Assembly (NCBI GenBank): GCA_963735805.1
Contig: CAVTMK010000004.1
Span: forward strand, 768,001-832,000
DNA from: an uncultured Verrucomicrobiae bacterium
GTDB taxonomy: Bacteria > Verrucomicrobiota > Verrucomicrobiia > Chthoniobacterales > UBA10450
DNA length: 64,000 nucleotides
Reading direction: 5' to 3'
Shown: in pieces, positions 9,247 to 17,520 of the stretch
How positions within the stretch are numbered: the stretch's first letter is position 1
Layout of the letters: each line of letters starts with the position of its first letter
The notes under the pieces: model-generated
What the model saw: only the letters and a program-made list of their open reading frames with translations
What the model was told of the DNA's origin: nothing
Database searches by the model: none
Position numbers and translations under genes: made by a program

Positions 9247-9435
9247 GTTCTGTTTTTTACTGAAGGCAACGAAGGTGTTTCATTTGGGCTGGGACTCACA
9301 TTGCTTTTGTTTCCTTCGTCCGCTTCTCTTATCGGTCTGGATGAGCGACGAACCACTCGCCGCGGCTGGCGCGGTCGGCTACTGGCAATGAATCCTCGTC
9401 TCCTTCTCTGAATCTGTTTCCGTCCGATCCCCGGC

Positions 9436-10416
9436 TCATGGCCCATTAGCCACGACTTTGGACGCCGGTTTGCCTACCTCAACCTGCGCGCTCACCTTCT
9501 GAATTTGCGTAACCTGCTCTTTAAGCTGCGCTGCAAGAGCTGCCACGGTGGCTTCCAATTGCTCGACCTTCTTATGATCCTCGATAACGTCCCTAAACCG
9601 CAGCTTCTGGGCCGTGCCGAAAGTACCGAGCTTGCCAGTGTTATCCGAAAAGACAGCAGCGGCGCTGTTAAGATCAATCACTCCGTCGAAGATGCCACCA
9701 ATATAGCAGTTTGATTGTCCTCCTTGCGGCAGGTTGTCACCTATTCGGATCGTGTTGTTTTCCCCAGCCAATCCGCGCACCTGAACGCCAATATCGATGT
9801 TGTTATCGCCTGTCAGATCGGCGCCGGCTCCAAAGCCTAGTGCAGTGTTGTTGTTCCCAGTAGTGCTAAAAAGTGCCCCGAGACCAATGCCTGTGTTCTG
9901 TGTGCCGGTAACGTTGTCAACAAGCGCATTAACGCCGAAGGCTGTGTTGCCGGTGCCTGTCGTGTTGAGGGCGAGTGCACTCCAACCAACGGCCGTGTTG
10001 AAGTCGGCCGTAGTATTGCTGAAGAGCGCATTAGGGCCCATGGCGGTGTTGCCGGTGCCGGTGATGTTGCTAAAGAGCGCGAACGCTCCATTGGCCGTGT
10101 TGTCGGCACCAGTAAAATTGCTTAATAGCGCTCCGGCGCCGACAGCCGTGTTTTGATCCGCGGTGTTGAGTCGGAGCGTTCCAGCGCCCAGGGCCGTGTT
10201 CAAGCTGCCGGTTTGGTTGCTCTGGAGCCCGACGAAACCAACCGCCGTATTGTAAGTGCCGGTGGTGAGGCTCAAAAGAGCGTTTTGCCCTTCTGCCGTG
10301 TTGCCTCCGGTATAGCCGCCGTCCGGCGCTGGCACGACTGCTTGCGCAATTGGAGAAAGCGCAAAGGAGCCAAACGCGAGGAGTATTGCTGTGAATATGG
10401 TTTTTCGATTTTTCAT
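9436..10416 (-). CDS. Secreted NTAxG-repeat fibre-like protein, paralogue 5 (no S74 domain)
   Basis: Signal peptide and ~10 repeats; core almost identical to paralogue 1. Confidence 0.85.
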   Translation of the reverse strand: MKNRKTIFTAILLAFGSFALSPIAQAVVPAPDGGYTGGNTAEGQNALLSLTTGTYNTAVGFVGLQSNQTGSLNTALGAGTLRLNTADQNTAVGAGALLSNFTGADNTANGAFALFSNITGTGNTAMGPNALFSNTTADFNTAVGWSALALNTTGTGNTAFGVNALVDNVTGTQNTGIGLGALFSTTGNNNTALGFGAGADLTGDNNIDIGVQVRGLAGENNTIRIGDNLPQGGQSNCYIGGIFDGVIDLNSAAAVFSDNTGKLGTFGTAQKLRFRDVIEDHKKVEQLEATVAALAAQLKEQVTQIQKVSAQVEVGKPASKVVANGP

Positions 10417-10470
10417 GATTCGATTTTCTGGTTTTAGGCTCCGCTGGATTCTATGGGAGAACCCAGTTCC

Positions 10471-10520
10471 GGCCGTTCAGTGATGTACTTCGTAGAATTT
10501 CCCGACGCGTTACGCGGAAA
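10471..10520 (-). promoter_or_regulatory. Conserved 50-bp upstream block, copy D
   Basis: ggccgttcagtgatgtacttcgtagaatttcccgacgcgttacgcggaaa on + strand. Confidence 0.7.
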
Positions 10521-10538
10521 GTGGCAGAGAATTAAAGG

Positions 10539-10661
10539 ACCACGGATTGCGCGGATGGAACGGATGGATTCTTGGGTGGCATCTGAAAAGACGCCGTACA
10601 ATTGGACACGCGATTTGGCCGTTCACTCTACCCATCAGTCTTATCCGCGTGATCCGTGGTT
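10539..10661. repeat. Long imperfect inverted repeat (ACCACGGAT…ATCCGTGGT type)
   Basis: accacggattgcgcggatggaacggatgg pairs with ccatcagtcttatccgcgtgatccgtggt; lies right after the kinase stop codon. Confidence 0.7.
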
Positions 10662-13491
10662 AATTCTGTTTCGGCGCGAGGGAGGCGACGATTTTTTCGA
10701 AGCAGGGATCGCCCCGCAGCGGGTCCCAGAACGGCAGCAGTTTCAAATCGCCATAGCTGATCTCGTGCCGGGAGCGAGTGACAATGCCAAGCTTTTCGCA
10801 GGCGAGGTTGTTATCGCCAACCCAGGCAGCGATATTAGCCAGAACCCCGATCACCCGTATGCCGTTGGTTGCATCTTTTTCCACGGGAAGCAGCTCAACG
10901 GCGCGACGCCCTTCGTCGAGGGCTTCCTCTGTGCGACCAAGCCCGGCGTCGATTAAGCCAAGAACGCATAAAGTACCAGCATCATCAGGACGAGCGCGAA
11001 CTAGTTTCTCTTGCTCCGAGCGTGCAGCAGTGAATGCGGAACGCGCTTTGGCATCGTCTTTTGTCATCCGAGCGATAAGGCCTTGTATAAAATGCGGGCT
11101 GTATTGTGGAATCGTGTTGCCAAGACTGTTTTCGCCCAATGCCGCTAAAGCATTCGCAGCCGCAACAGGGTCGCGTTCTGCCAGTGCGCAACCGAGCCAG
11201 AAATCGGCGACACTTTGGATTGCACGAGGGTCTTTGGCGCGGATTTCATCAATGAGCTGATGCAGGGGGCGGGTATCGGCTTTCCAGTCCACCTCGACGG
11301 CCGCCCGCTCGGCTTTCGTCTCAACGTCGTTCGGCTGGATAGCCAACATGCGGTCCCAGATCGCTTCTTCGTCGGGATAGCGACCAAGATTCCTATAACT
11401 GAGAGCGGTTTGCTCTAACAGCGAAAAGTTGCGCGGGTCAAGCTCGATTGCGCGCTCCAGATTGCGTAACGCCTCTTCCTGGCTACCACCTGGGCGGCGG
11501 CGCTCTATGTAACCCTTCAGTTCGAATAACCGAGAGTCATTGGCCAGGGTCTTGCTAGCAGTTTCCAGTTCAGCCAGCGCGCCGTGATAATCGCGATATC
11601 CGTAATAAAGGTGTCCCGCGCGTGCAAGGTGTGCTTCGCCCGCATCGGGGCGCAGTCGAAACGCTGCATCGATGGCTGCTTTAGCTAAAGCCAGGCGCGC
11701 AGGCGTATGGTCCACATCACGGTTGTAAAGCACGTCATGAACCCAGGCGAGTTGGCAATACGCTTGAAAAAAGGTTGGGTCTTCCGCGACAGCCCGATTT
11801 AGCAAATCGGCTGCCAGCAAAAGATTTCCCTCGGGAACAATGCCGAGGTTTTTGGCGCGGCTATAAAGATCGAAGGCAGTAAGATTGGCCGTCGGCGATC
11901 GTTCGATGGCCAGTTTTTCAGTGGGCGAGACTTTGACCCGAAGCTGTTCGGCGACCTTTTGCGCGATCTCGCTCTGGAGCGTGAACAGGTCTTTCAAATC
12001 GCGGTCATATTCTTCCGCCCAGATGTGCGCGTCCGTGTGGGTGTCTATCAATTGGGCGTTTATATGAAGCCAACCTCCGGTCTTGCGTACGCTCCCTTCC
12101 AGCACGTGCGACACACCAAGCGCATCGCCGATCGAGTGCACGTTCTGTTTCTCGCGATATTGCATCACGCTTGTGCGGCTGATGACCTTGAGTTTGGCAA
12201 TCCTTGCGAGCTTAGTCAGAATGTCGTCCTGGACGCCATCAGCAAAGGAGGCATCCTCTCTGTCGTTACTCAGATTTTCAAATGGCAGCACGGCAATTCC
12301 AGCTGTCGAAGGACCGCGCAATAGATCGCTTTTCCAAACGATCACGCTGACGGCTGCTATCAAAGCGAGTGATAACCCTATAACAGCCGCAGCAGTTGGA
12401 TTTCGTTGCAGCCATTTCTTGCCTCGGCTAAAAACTCCGGTGGGCCGTGCCCGGATTGGCTCGTGCTTTAGCCAACGCTCAAGATCTTGTGCCAATGCGA
12501 GGGCGGAAGAGTAACGGCGCTGCGGATCTTTCTCGAAACACTTCATGCAAATCGTGGAGACGTCGCGATCTAATTTGGGATTCCATAGACGCGGTGGCCG
12601 CGGTTCGGTTTCAAGTAGTAACTTGATCGTCTCGTAGGTTGTTCCTCCTGCAAAAGGCGGATGGCCAGTTAGAAGCTGGTAGAGGACACCGCCAAGCCCG
12701 TAAACATCTGTTGCCTTGGTTAAGTTGGTGTTATTCCCGGCAGCTTGTTCCGGTGCCATGTAACTAGGCGTGCCTAGCACTTCCAGCGTTCGGGTAACCG
12801 TGCTTTCGGATTCGACTAATCTGGCAAGGCCAAAATCCGTGAGGTGCGGTTCACCTTTTACATCGAGCAGGATGTTTCCCGGCTTGATATCTCGATGAAG
12901 GATACCGTGTTCATGCGCGTAGTGAATGGTACGCGCTATTTTGGCGATGAGTTCAACTGCCTGTCGGATTGAGATCGGCGTGTGTTTAACTACCTCATCA
13001 AGCTGTCCGCCTTCGACGAACTTCATGCTGAAGTAACATTGGCCATCCCGCTCGCCTACCTCATAGATTGGGACGATACATGGGTGATCCAGTCTCGCAG
13101 CGGCTTCCGCTTCCAGGCGAAAACGCTTGAGGTGTGTTTTAGTGGCCCATTGGCCCAGCCCGATGACCTTTAATGCGACTATCCGGTTGAGACTCTTTTG
13201 GCGTGCTCGAAAGACGACACCCTGACCGCCGCGACCGATTTCCTCGAGTAGCTCGTAATCGCCTAGCTCGCCCAGCATCGTTGCCATCCGCGCTTGTCTT
13301 TTCGGTCGCGGCGCGTTGCCTGCGTCACTCGTTTGCAGATTTTCTGGGGAGCCGCAGTCATCGCCAGCGGCTACAGCGTCCGGCAAGACCCCTAGTGCTG
13401 TTTCGAGCGCGCAGCCGATGCAAAGTCCTTCCGGTGCGTCGGAAAAGATTCTTGCGCCGCACTTTCTGCAAACTCTGGTTACAGTCGCCAT
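10660..13491 (-). CDS. Hanks-type Ser/Thr protein kinase with N-terminal CxxC-CxxC, one TM helix, TolB_N-like domain and TPRs
   Basis: GRGGQGVV, VALK, HRDIKPGN, DFG, GTPSYMAPE and DVYGLG motifs; hydrophobic AAAVIGLSLALIAAVSVIVW; IAVLPFENLS; TPR-like helices. Confidence 0.93.
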   Translation of the reverse strand: MATVTRVCRKCGARIFSDAPEGLCIGCALETALGVLPDAVAAGDDCGSPENLQTSDAGNAPRPKRQARMATMLGELGDYELLEEIGRGGQGVVFRARQKSLNRIVALKVIGLGQWATKTHLKRFRLEAEAAARLDHPCIVPIYEVGERDGQCYFSMKFVEGGQLDEVVKHTPISIRQAVELIAKIARTIHYAHEHGILHRDIKPGNILLDVKGEPHLTDFGLARLVESESTVTRTLEVLGTPSYMAPEQAAGNNTNLTKATDVYGLGGVLYQLLTGHPPFAGGTTYETIKLLLETEPRPPRLWNPKLDRDVSTICMKCFEKDPQRRYSSALALAQDLERWLKHEPIRARPTGVFSRGKKWLQRNPTAAAVIGLSLALIAAVSVIVWKSDLLRGPSTAGIAVLPFENLSNDREDASFADGVQDDILTKLARIAKLKVISRTSVMQYREKQNVHSIGDALGVSHVLEGSVRKTGGWLHINAQLIDTHTDAHIWAEEYDRDLKDLFTLQSEIAQKVAEQLRVKVSPTEKLAIERSPTANLTAFDLYSRAKNLGIVPEGNLLLAADLLNRAVAEDPTFFQAYCQLAWVHDVLYNRDVDHTPARLALAKAAIDAAFRLRPDAGEAHLARAGHLYYGYRDYHGALAELETASKTLANDSRLFELKGYIERRRPGGSQEEALRNLERAIELDPRNFSLLEQTALSYRNLGRYPDEEAIWDRMLAIQPNDVETKAERAAVEVDWKADTRPLHQLIDEIRAKDPRAIQSVADFWLGCALAERDPVAAANALAALGENSLGNTIPQYSPHFIQGLIARMTKDDAKARSAFTAARSEQEKLVRARPDDAGTLCVLGLIDAGLGRTEEALDEGRRAVELLPVEKDATNGIRVIGVLANIAAWVGDNNLACEKLGIVTRSRHEISYGDLKLLPFWDPLRGDPCFEKIVASLAPKQN

Positions 13492-13510
13492 GTCGGACGG
13501 AACTCAGGTC

Positions 13511-14368
13511 TTATGCACGGACTACAGCGATCAAATGGCGTAACTCGTCTTCAACGTCGCCGGGCGTAGCTACCGTGTGAGCAATTTCCTCTCGCAATAA
13601 CGATTGGTAACGCTGTCGAAATCGATGAAATGCCTGCCTCACAGCATTGGCGGTCATGCCCAGTTGGCCGGCGATGTCCGCTTGGGACGGAGCACCCGGC
13701 TCGTCCGGTAGTAGTTGCGTCAAAGAATCAAACAATGCAGCCTTGCCTGCCGCGACGTATTCATTTTTCAAAAGGCCAAGCACGCGTTCCAATACCGTGG
13801 ATGCCCAGCGACGTTCGTAAATTTGCTCTGCAGTAACTGGGTCTTTGGGTTCCATGTCCGAGCGTTCGTCGCCCCTTAGTTCTTCCAGCGGGATAAACCG
13901 TTGTCCTTTTCCCCGCTTGATCGCCATCACCCGACGCCGTTCGTCAGCCAGAAAATATTTCAGTGCCCCTAGCAGATAAGAACGAAAGCGTCCTTTCTCT
14001 CTGCGAACGGCAGTGAGGCTTTTGTGCTCCAGCAAATCCGCAAAGAAACCCTGGGTGATATCCTTTGCTTCTTCGGGACCAATACCCTGTCGTTGGACAA
14101 AACCATAAATGGGTCGCCAATAAACACGGCAGAGTTTTTCGAGGGCGTTCTGCGCCGCAGGCGATTCGGTTTGCGCTTCCAACACTACGCTCCAGTGGGT
14201 GGTCGTAAACGATGCAACACCCTTTTGTATGCCGGGTTCCCAGGCAATTTCCGTTACTGCGCGAAAGTCCGCCGGTTGAACGGACTCGCTTTGTGGTGAG
14301 CTTTCAGAGTGATCAGGAGAACTCACGCCGTGATTCAAGTAAAAACTCGCTTCAAAATCAAGCTTCAT
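13511..14368 (-). CDS. ECF-type RNA polymerase sigma factor (kinase-associated type; start uncertain)
   Basis: FTTTHWSVV N-terminus; region 2 (LCRVYWRPIYGF…EAKDITQGFF…GRFRSYL); region 4 HTH (SQADIAGQLGMTANAVRQAFHR); 19 bp upstream of the kinase. Confidence 0.85.
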   Translation of the reverse strand: MKLDFEASFYLNHGVSSPDHSESSPQSESVQPADFRAVTEIAWEPGIQKGVASFTTTHWSVVLEAQTESPAAQNALEKLCRVYWRPIYGFVQRQGIGPEEAKDITQGFFADLLEHKSLTAVRREKGRFRSYLLGALKYFLADERRRVMAIKRGKGQRFIPLEELRGDERSDMEPKDPVTAEQIYERRWASTVLERVLGLLKNEYVAAGKAALFDSLTQLLPDEPGAPSQADIAGQLGMTANAVRQAFHRFRQRYQSLLREEIAHTVATPGDVEDELRHLIAVVRA

Positions 14369-14451
14369 GTAGCGCGCAAACCAGCTGGGACAACAGGCTG
14401 CGCCATTTATTTTGGGAGAAGTGTCCCCTCCGGTAAGGTTGGTGTGATTGG

Positions 14452-15408
14452 ATGAATCACACGTTTTTTATCGTCGGCCCAACTGCGTCAGGAAAATCCG
14501 AGCTGGCAGCCGTTGTCGCGCACGAAATTAACGCAGAAATTGTCAGCGCCGACGCATTTCAAATTTATCGCGGGCTCGATCTTCTTACCGCGAAGCCGGA
14601 CGCGTCAACGCTTGCGAAGGATCCGCATCACCTGATCGGCACAATATCTCTTCACGACGGGATGAACGCTGAAAAATATCGGCGTGCCGCGTCACGCGCG
14701 ATTGAAGAAATTCACTCCCGTGGCAAAATCGCGATCGTTGTTGGGGGAAGCGGGCTTTATATCAGTGCACTTACGCACGGGCTGGCGCCGTTGCCTCAAG
14801 CCAATCCAAAACTCCGCGAGAAATTGAACGCAATGAGCTCGGATGAATTGTGTTCCCAACTTGCCGAACTCGATCCCGAAGCGACCCGAAAGATCGACAT
14901 GAAAAATCGCCGTCGCGTAGTCCGAGCCGTGGAGATTTGCTTACTCACCGGGAAACCAGCGTCGGAAGTTGTAGCCGGGGTCGGTGACCCCGGTAAATCG
15001 GCAAACCCTCGGCCGCGGTCTTCGCCCGCGGCCACAGGGGTTTTCGTCTACCGCGATCGGGAAGAGCTCTATGCCCGAATTAATCGGCGGGTGGAAGCGA
15101 TGTTCGAAGATGGCGTTATCGAAGAAGTGCGCGCCGCCGGGCCGGTAAGCTCGACGGCATCGCAGATGATCGGGTATCGCGAGATTTGGCAATTGCTCGA
15201 CGGCGAAATCTCGATTCCGCAATGTATGGCCACGATTCAGCAGGCAACGCGGCGCTACGCCAAAAGACAGTTGACCTGGTTTCGGCGACAAACTAATTTT
15301 TTACCGCTGAACCTGTCGCTTTTTACTCAGAACGAAGCTGTGAATTGCGTCCTTCTCCGAATGCATTCGGAGCGTCGAAAGGTTTCAGGGGTTCGCGCAA
15401 AGGAATGA
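14452..15408 (+). CDS. miaA: tRNA dimethylallyltransferase
   Basis: GPTASGKS, SADAFQIYRGLD, GGSGLY and YAKRQLTWF motifs. Confidence 0.96.
   Translation: MNHTFFIVGPTASGKSELAAVVAHEINAEIVSADAFQIYRGLDLLTAKPDASTLAKDPHHLIGTISLHDGMNAEKYRRAASRAIEEIHSRGKIAIVVGGSGLYISALTHGLAPLPQANPKLREKLNAMSSDELCSQLAELDPEATRKIDMKNRRRVVRAVEICLLTGKPASEVVAGVGDPGKSANPRPRSSPAATGVFVYRDREELYARINRRVEAMFEDGVIEEVRAAGPVSSTASQMIGYREIWQLLDGEISIPQCMATIQQATRRYAKRQLTWFRRQTNFLPLNLSLFTQNEAVNCVLLRMHSERRKVSGVRAKE
14970..15036. repeat. REP-like doublet inside the miaA coding sequence
   Basis: tgtagcCGGGGTCggtGACCCCGG … GGCCGCGGtcttcgcCCGCGGCCaca; the left arm nearly matches the intergenic REP at 4313-4340. Confidence 0.75.
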
Positions 15409-16679
15409 TCGAAACACGTTCGAAGAAAATGCAGGAGCGCGCGCTTCTGATTGGCCTGGAAAAGCAAGGAGTCTCGAAGTGGGATTTGCTGGACTCGCTC
15501 GAAGAGCTTCGCGAACTGGCGAACTCTGCGGGCGCCAAAGTGGTCGATACGGTCACGCAAAAACTGCCGAGACCGACTGCGCCGTACTACATCGGTCGCG
15601 GCAAGGCGGAGTCGATCAAAGACTCGTGTCAGGATCAACAGGTGACGTCGGTCATCTTTAATGATGAACTTTCACCCGCGCAGGGTCGTAATCTGGAAAA
15701 TTTATTCGCGCGCAAGGTTCTCGATAGAACGCAGTTGATTCTGGATATTTTTGCGCAGCGTGCCCGCAGCAGGGAGGGTCGATTGCAAATTGAGCTGGCT
15801 CAGTTGCAATATCTTTTGCCGCGTCTTACCCGGATGTGGCATCACTTGTCACGACAGACAGGTGGAATCGGCACCCGCGGACCGGGCGAAACGCAATTGG
15901 AAGTTGATCGCCGCCGCGTGCAGGAACGGATTGCGCGTCTCGAGCGAGAACTCGAAGCGGTACGCAAAACGCGTGCAATTCAGCGCGAAGGTCGCAAACG
16001 GCATCAATGGCCTGTCGCCGCTGTGGTTGGTTATACGAATGCTGGCAAATCCACTCTGCTGAATCTGCTCACCGGCGCGGATGTTGTTGCTGCGGACAAA
16101 CTTTTCGCAACGCTCGATCCCACCACGCGCAGTTTTGTTTTGCCTAACAAACAGCGGGTTCTTCTCACTGATACCGTTGGATTCCTGCGAAAACTTCCTC
16201 ACACCTTGATCGAGTCGTTCAAGGCAACTCTTGAAGAAGTGAGCGAAGCGGATCTGCTGATTCATATTGTCGATCTCAGTCATCCACGGGTGGATGAGCA
16301 GATGGAAGCAGTCGATGCCGTCATCAAGGAACTTGACGCCTACGGCAAGCAAACTCTCATCGTATTCAACAAGATCGATAACGTACCCAATCGCGAACTG
16401 GCCGATTCATATTTGAAACGTTTTCCCGGGAGCGTCGCGATCTCTGCGCGAACCGGAGAAGGAGTCAACAGACTGGTGCAAGCGCTTGAAGACGCGCTTC
16501 GCTCATGGCGGTTGCGGTCGCGGTTTCGTATTCCATCGAATGAATCAGCCTTAATCGCCGAGATCCATCGAGTAGGCCACGTGTTAGAGCTGCGCTACGA
16601 AGGCAGCGACGCTGTGATTGTTGCTCACGTTCCGCCGCACCTGGAACAGAAGCTGGCTGCCTACGCAGTGCGGGAATAG
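15405..16679 (+). CDS. hflX: Ribosome-splitting GTPase HflX
   Basis: GPGETQLEVDRR, GYTNAGKST, LFATLDPT, DTVGF and NKID motifs; ATGA overlap with the miaA stop. Confidence 0.96.
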   Translation: MIETRSKKMQERALLIGLEKQGVSKWDLLDSLEELRELANSAGAKVVDTVTQKLPRPTAPYYIGRGKAESIKDSCQDQQVTSVIFNDELSPAQGRNLENLFARKVLDRTQLILDIFAQRARSREGRLQIELAQLQYLLPRLTRMWHHLSRQTGGIGTRGPGETQLEVDRRRVQERIARLERELEAVRKTRAIQREGRKRHQWPVAAVVGYTNAGKSTLLNLLTGADVVAADKLFATLDPTTRSFVLPNKQRVLLTDTVGFLRKLPHTLIESFKATLEEVSEADLLIHIVDLSHPRVDEQMEAVDAVIKELDAYGKQTLIVFNKIDNVPNRELADSYLKRFPGSVAISARTGEGVNRLVQALEDALRSWRLRSRFRIPSNESALIAEIHRVGHVLELRYEGSDAVIVAHVPPHLEQKLAAYAVRE

Positions 16680-16698
16680 AGCTCATTTTCCTAGATCT

Positions 16699-16774
16699 TG
16701 TAGCCGCCTCGCTGCGTCGAGGCGCTATTGTGGTGTGGCTCCTCCCGGCACGGCGACACAGCGCCGTGGCTACA
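16699..16774. repeat. GTAG-type REP doublet
   Basis: tgtagcCGCCTCGctgcgtCGAGGCG … CACGGCGacacagCGCCGTGgctaca, between convergent genes. Confidence 0.75.
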
Positions 16775-16799
16775 GCCGTCGGCGTTTATTAGGTTTGTC

Positions 16800-17513
16800 C
16801 TAAGCGATCAAATCCCGGACGCGAGACTCTGCGCTCTTCGCAACCTGCGACCACCCAGAGCGATCGTTAGCTGCTGATGCAAACTGGAGTGGATCCCCAA
16901 TTATTAGCTTGATCTTCACGGGGCTTGGAAGATTCCGGCCTGCTGGCAAGGCCTCGAAAGTTCCAATAAGACCGCAGGGGACGACCGGCACATTTGTTTC
17001 TGCGACTAGCATCCCTAGCCCGTGTTTGAAAGGCATCATCAAACCGCTACGGCTGCGCCCACCTTCGGGGAAGATGATGAAGATCGCTTTTTCTTCCTGC
17101 AATTTCTGGCGCAGATCGGCGAGCGCGTGCGGGCCACAATTTTTTCGCCACATCGGCAAAGCGTTAAGCACGATTGCCGAAAACGTGCTTGTTACTTTTG
17201 TCTGAAAGAAGACATCGCCCGCGGCGATGGGAAAGGCGCGCTCGCGGTGGCGTGGGATTAATGCGGCTCCCAGAGCCAGTGCGTCGAGGTGACTGCAATG
17301 ATTCGCTGCGAGAATAAAAGGCCCGTGCGCCGGCAGTTTCTCCCGGTCGATAATTGTGAGCCGATGCGCGACCGCGAAGTAACTTCGAATCAGTGAGAAA
17401 CAAGCATGATGCGCCAAGCTTTCGAGAAGTCCTTTTTCGCGGCGCACGCTGCGAAACCGTTCGCTGGGAGTCAGGCCGGTATCGTGCGCAGGCTGCAGGT
17501 TCCAGGGTTCCAC
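16800..17513 (-). CDS. Lysophospholipid acyltransferase (PlsC family)
   Basis: NHCSHLD (HX4D) and FPEGGRS motifs; GTG start at 17513 inferred. Confidence 0.9.
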   Translation of the reverse strand: MEPWNLQPAHDTGLTPSERFRSVRREKGLLESLAHHACFSLIRSYFAVAHRLTIIDREKLPAHGPFILAANHCSHLDALALGAALIPRHRERAFPIAAGDVFFQTKVTSTFSAIVLNALPMWRKNCGPHALADLRQKLQEEKAIFIIFPEGGRSRSGLMMPFKHGLGMLVAETNVPVVPCGLIGTFEALPAGRNLPSPVKIKLIIGDPLQFASAANDRSGWSQVAKSAESRVRDLIA

Positions 17514-17520
17514 AGATTTC

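Noticed and set aside
3576..10169. Diversity-generating retroelement TR/VR pair
   Set aside because: The few mismatches are not adenine-specific and no reverse transcriptase is in the window.
3291..10416. Prophage tail-fibre region
   Set aside because: The proteins have Sec signal peptides, and there are no capsid, terminase, baseplate or integrase genes nearby.
5725..10520. Integron attC sites or invertase (shufflon) sites
   Set aside because: No RYYYAAC…GTTRRRY long palindrome, all copies are in direct orientation, and no recombinase is in the window. Kept only as a possible homologous crossover point.
15345..15430. Missing hfq between miaA and hflX
   Set aside because: Direct miaA-hflX coupling is unremarkable outside Proteobacteria.
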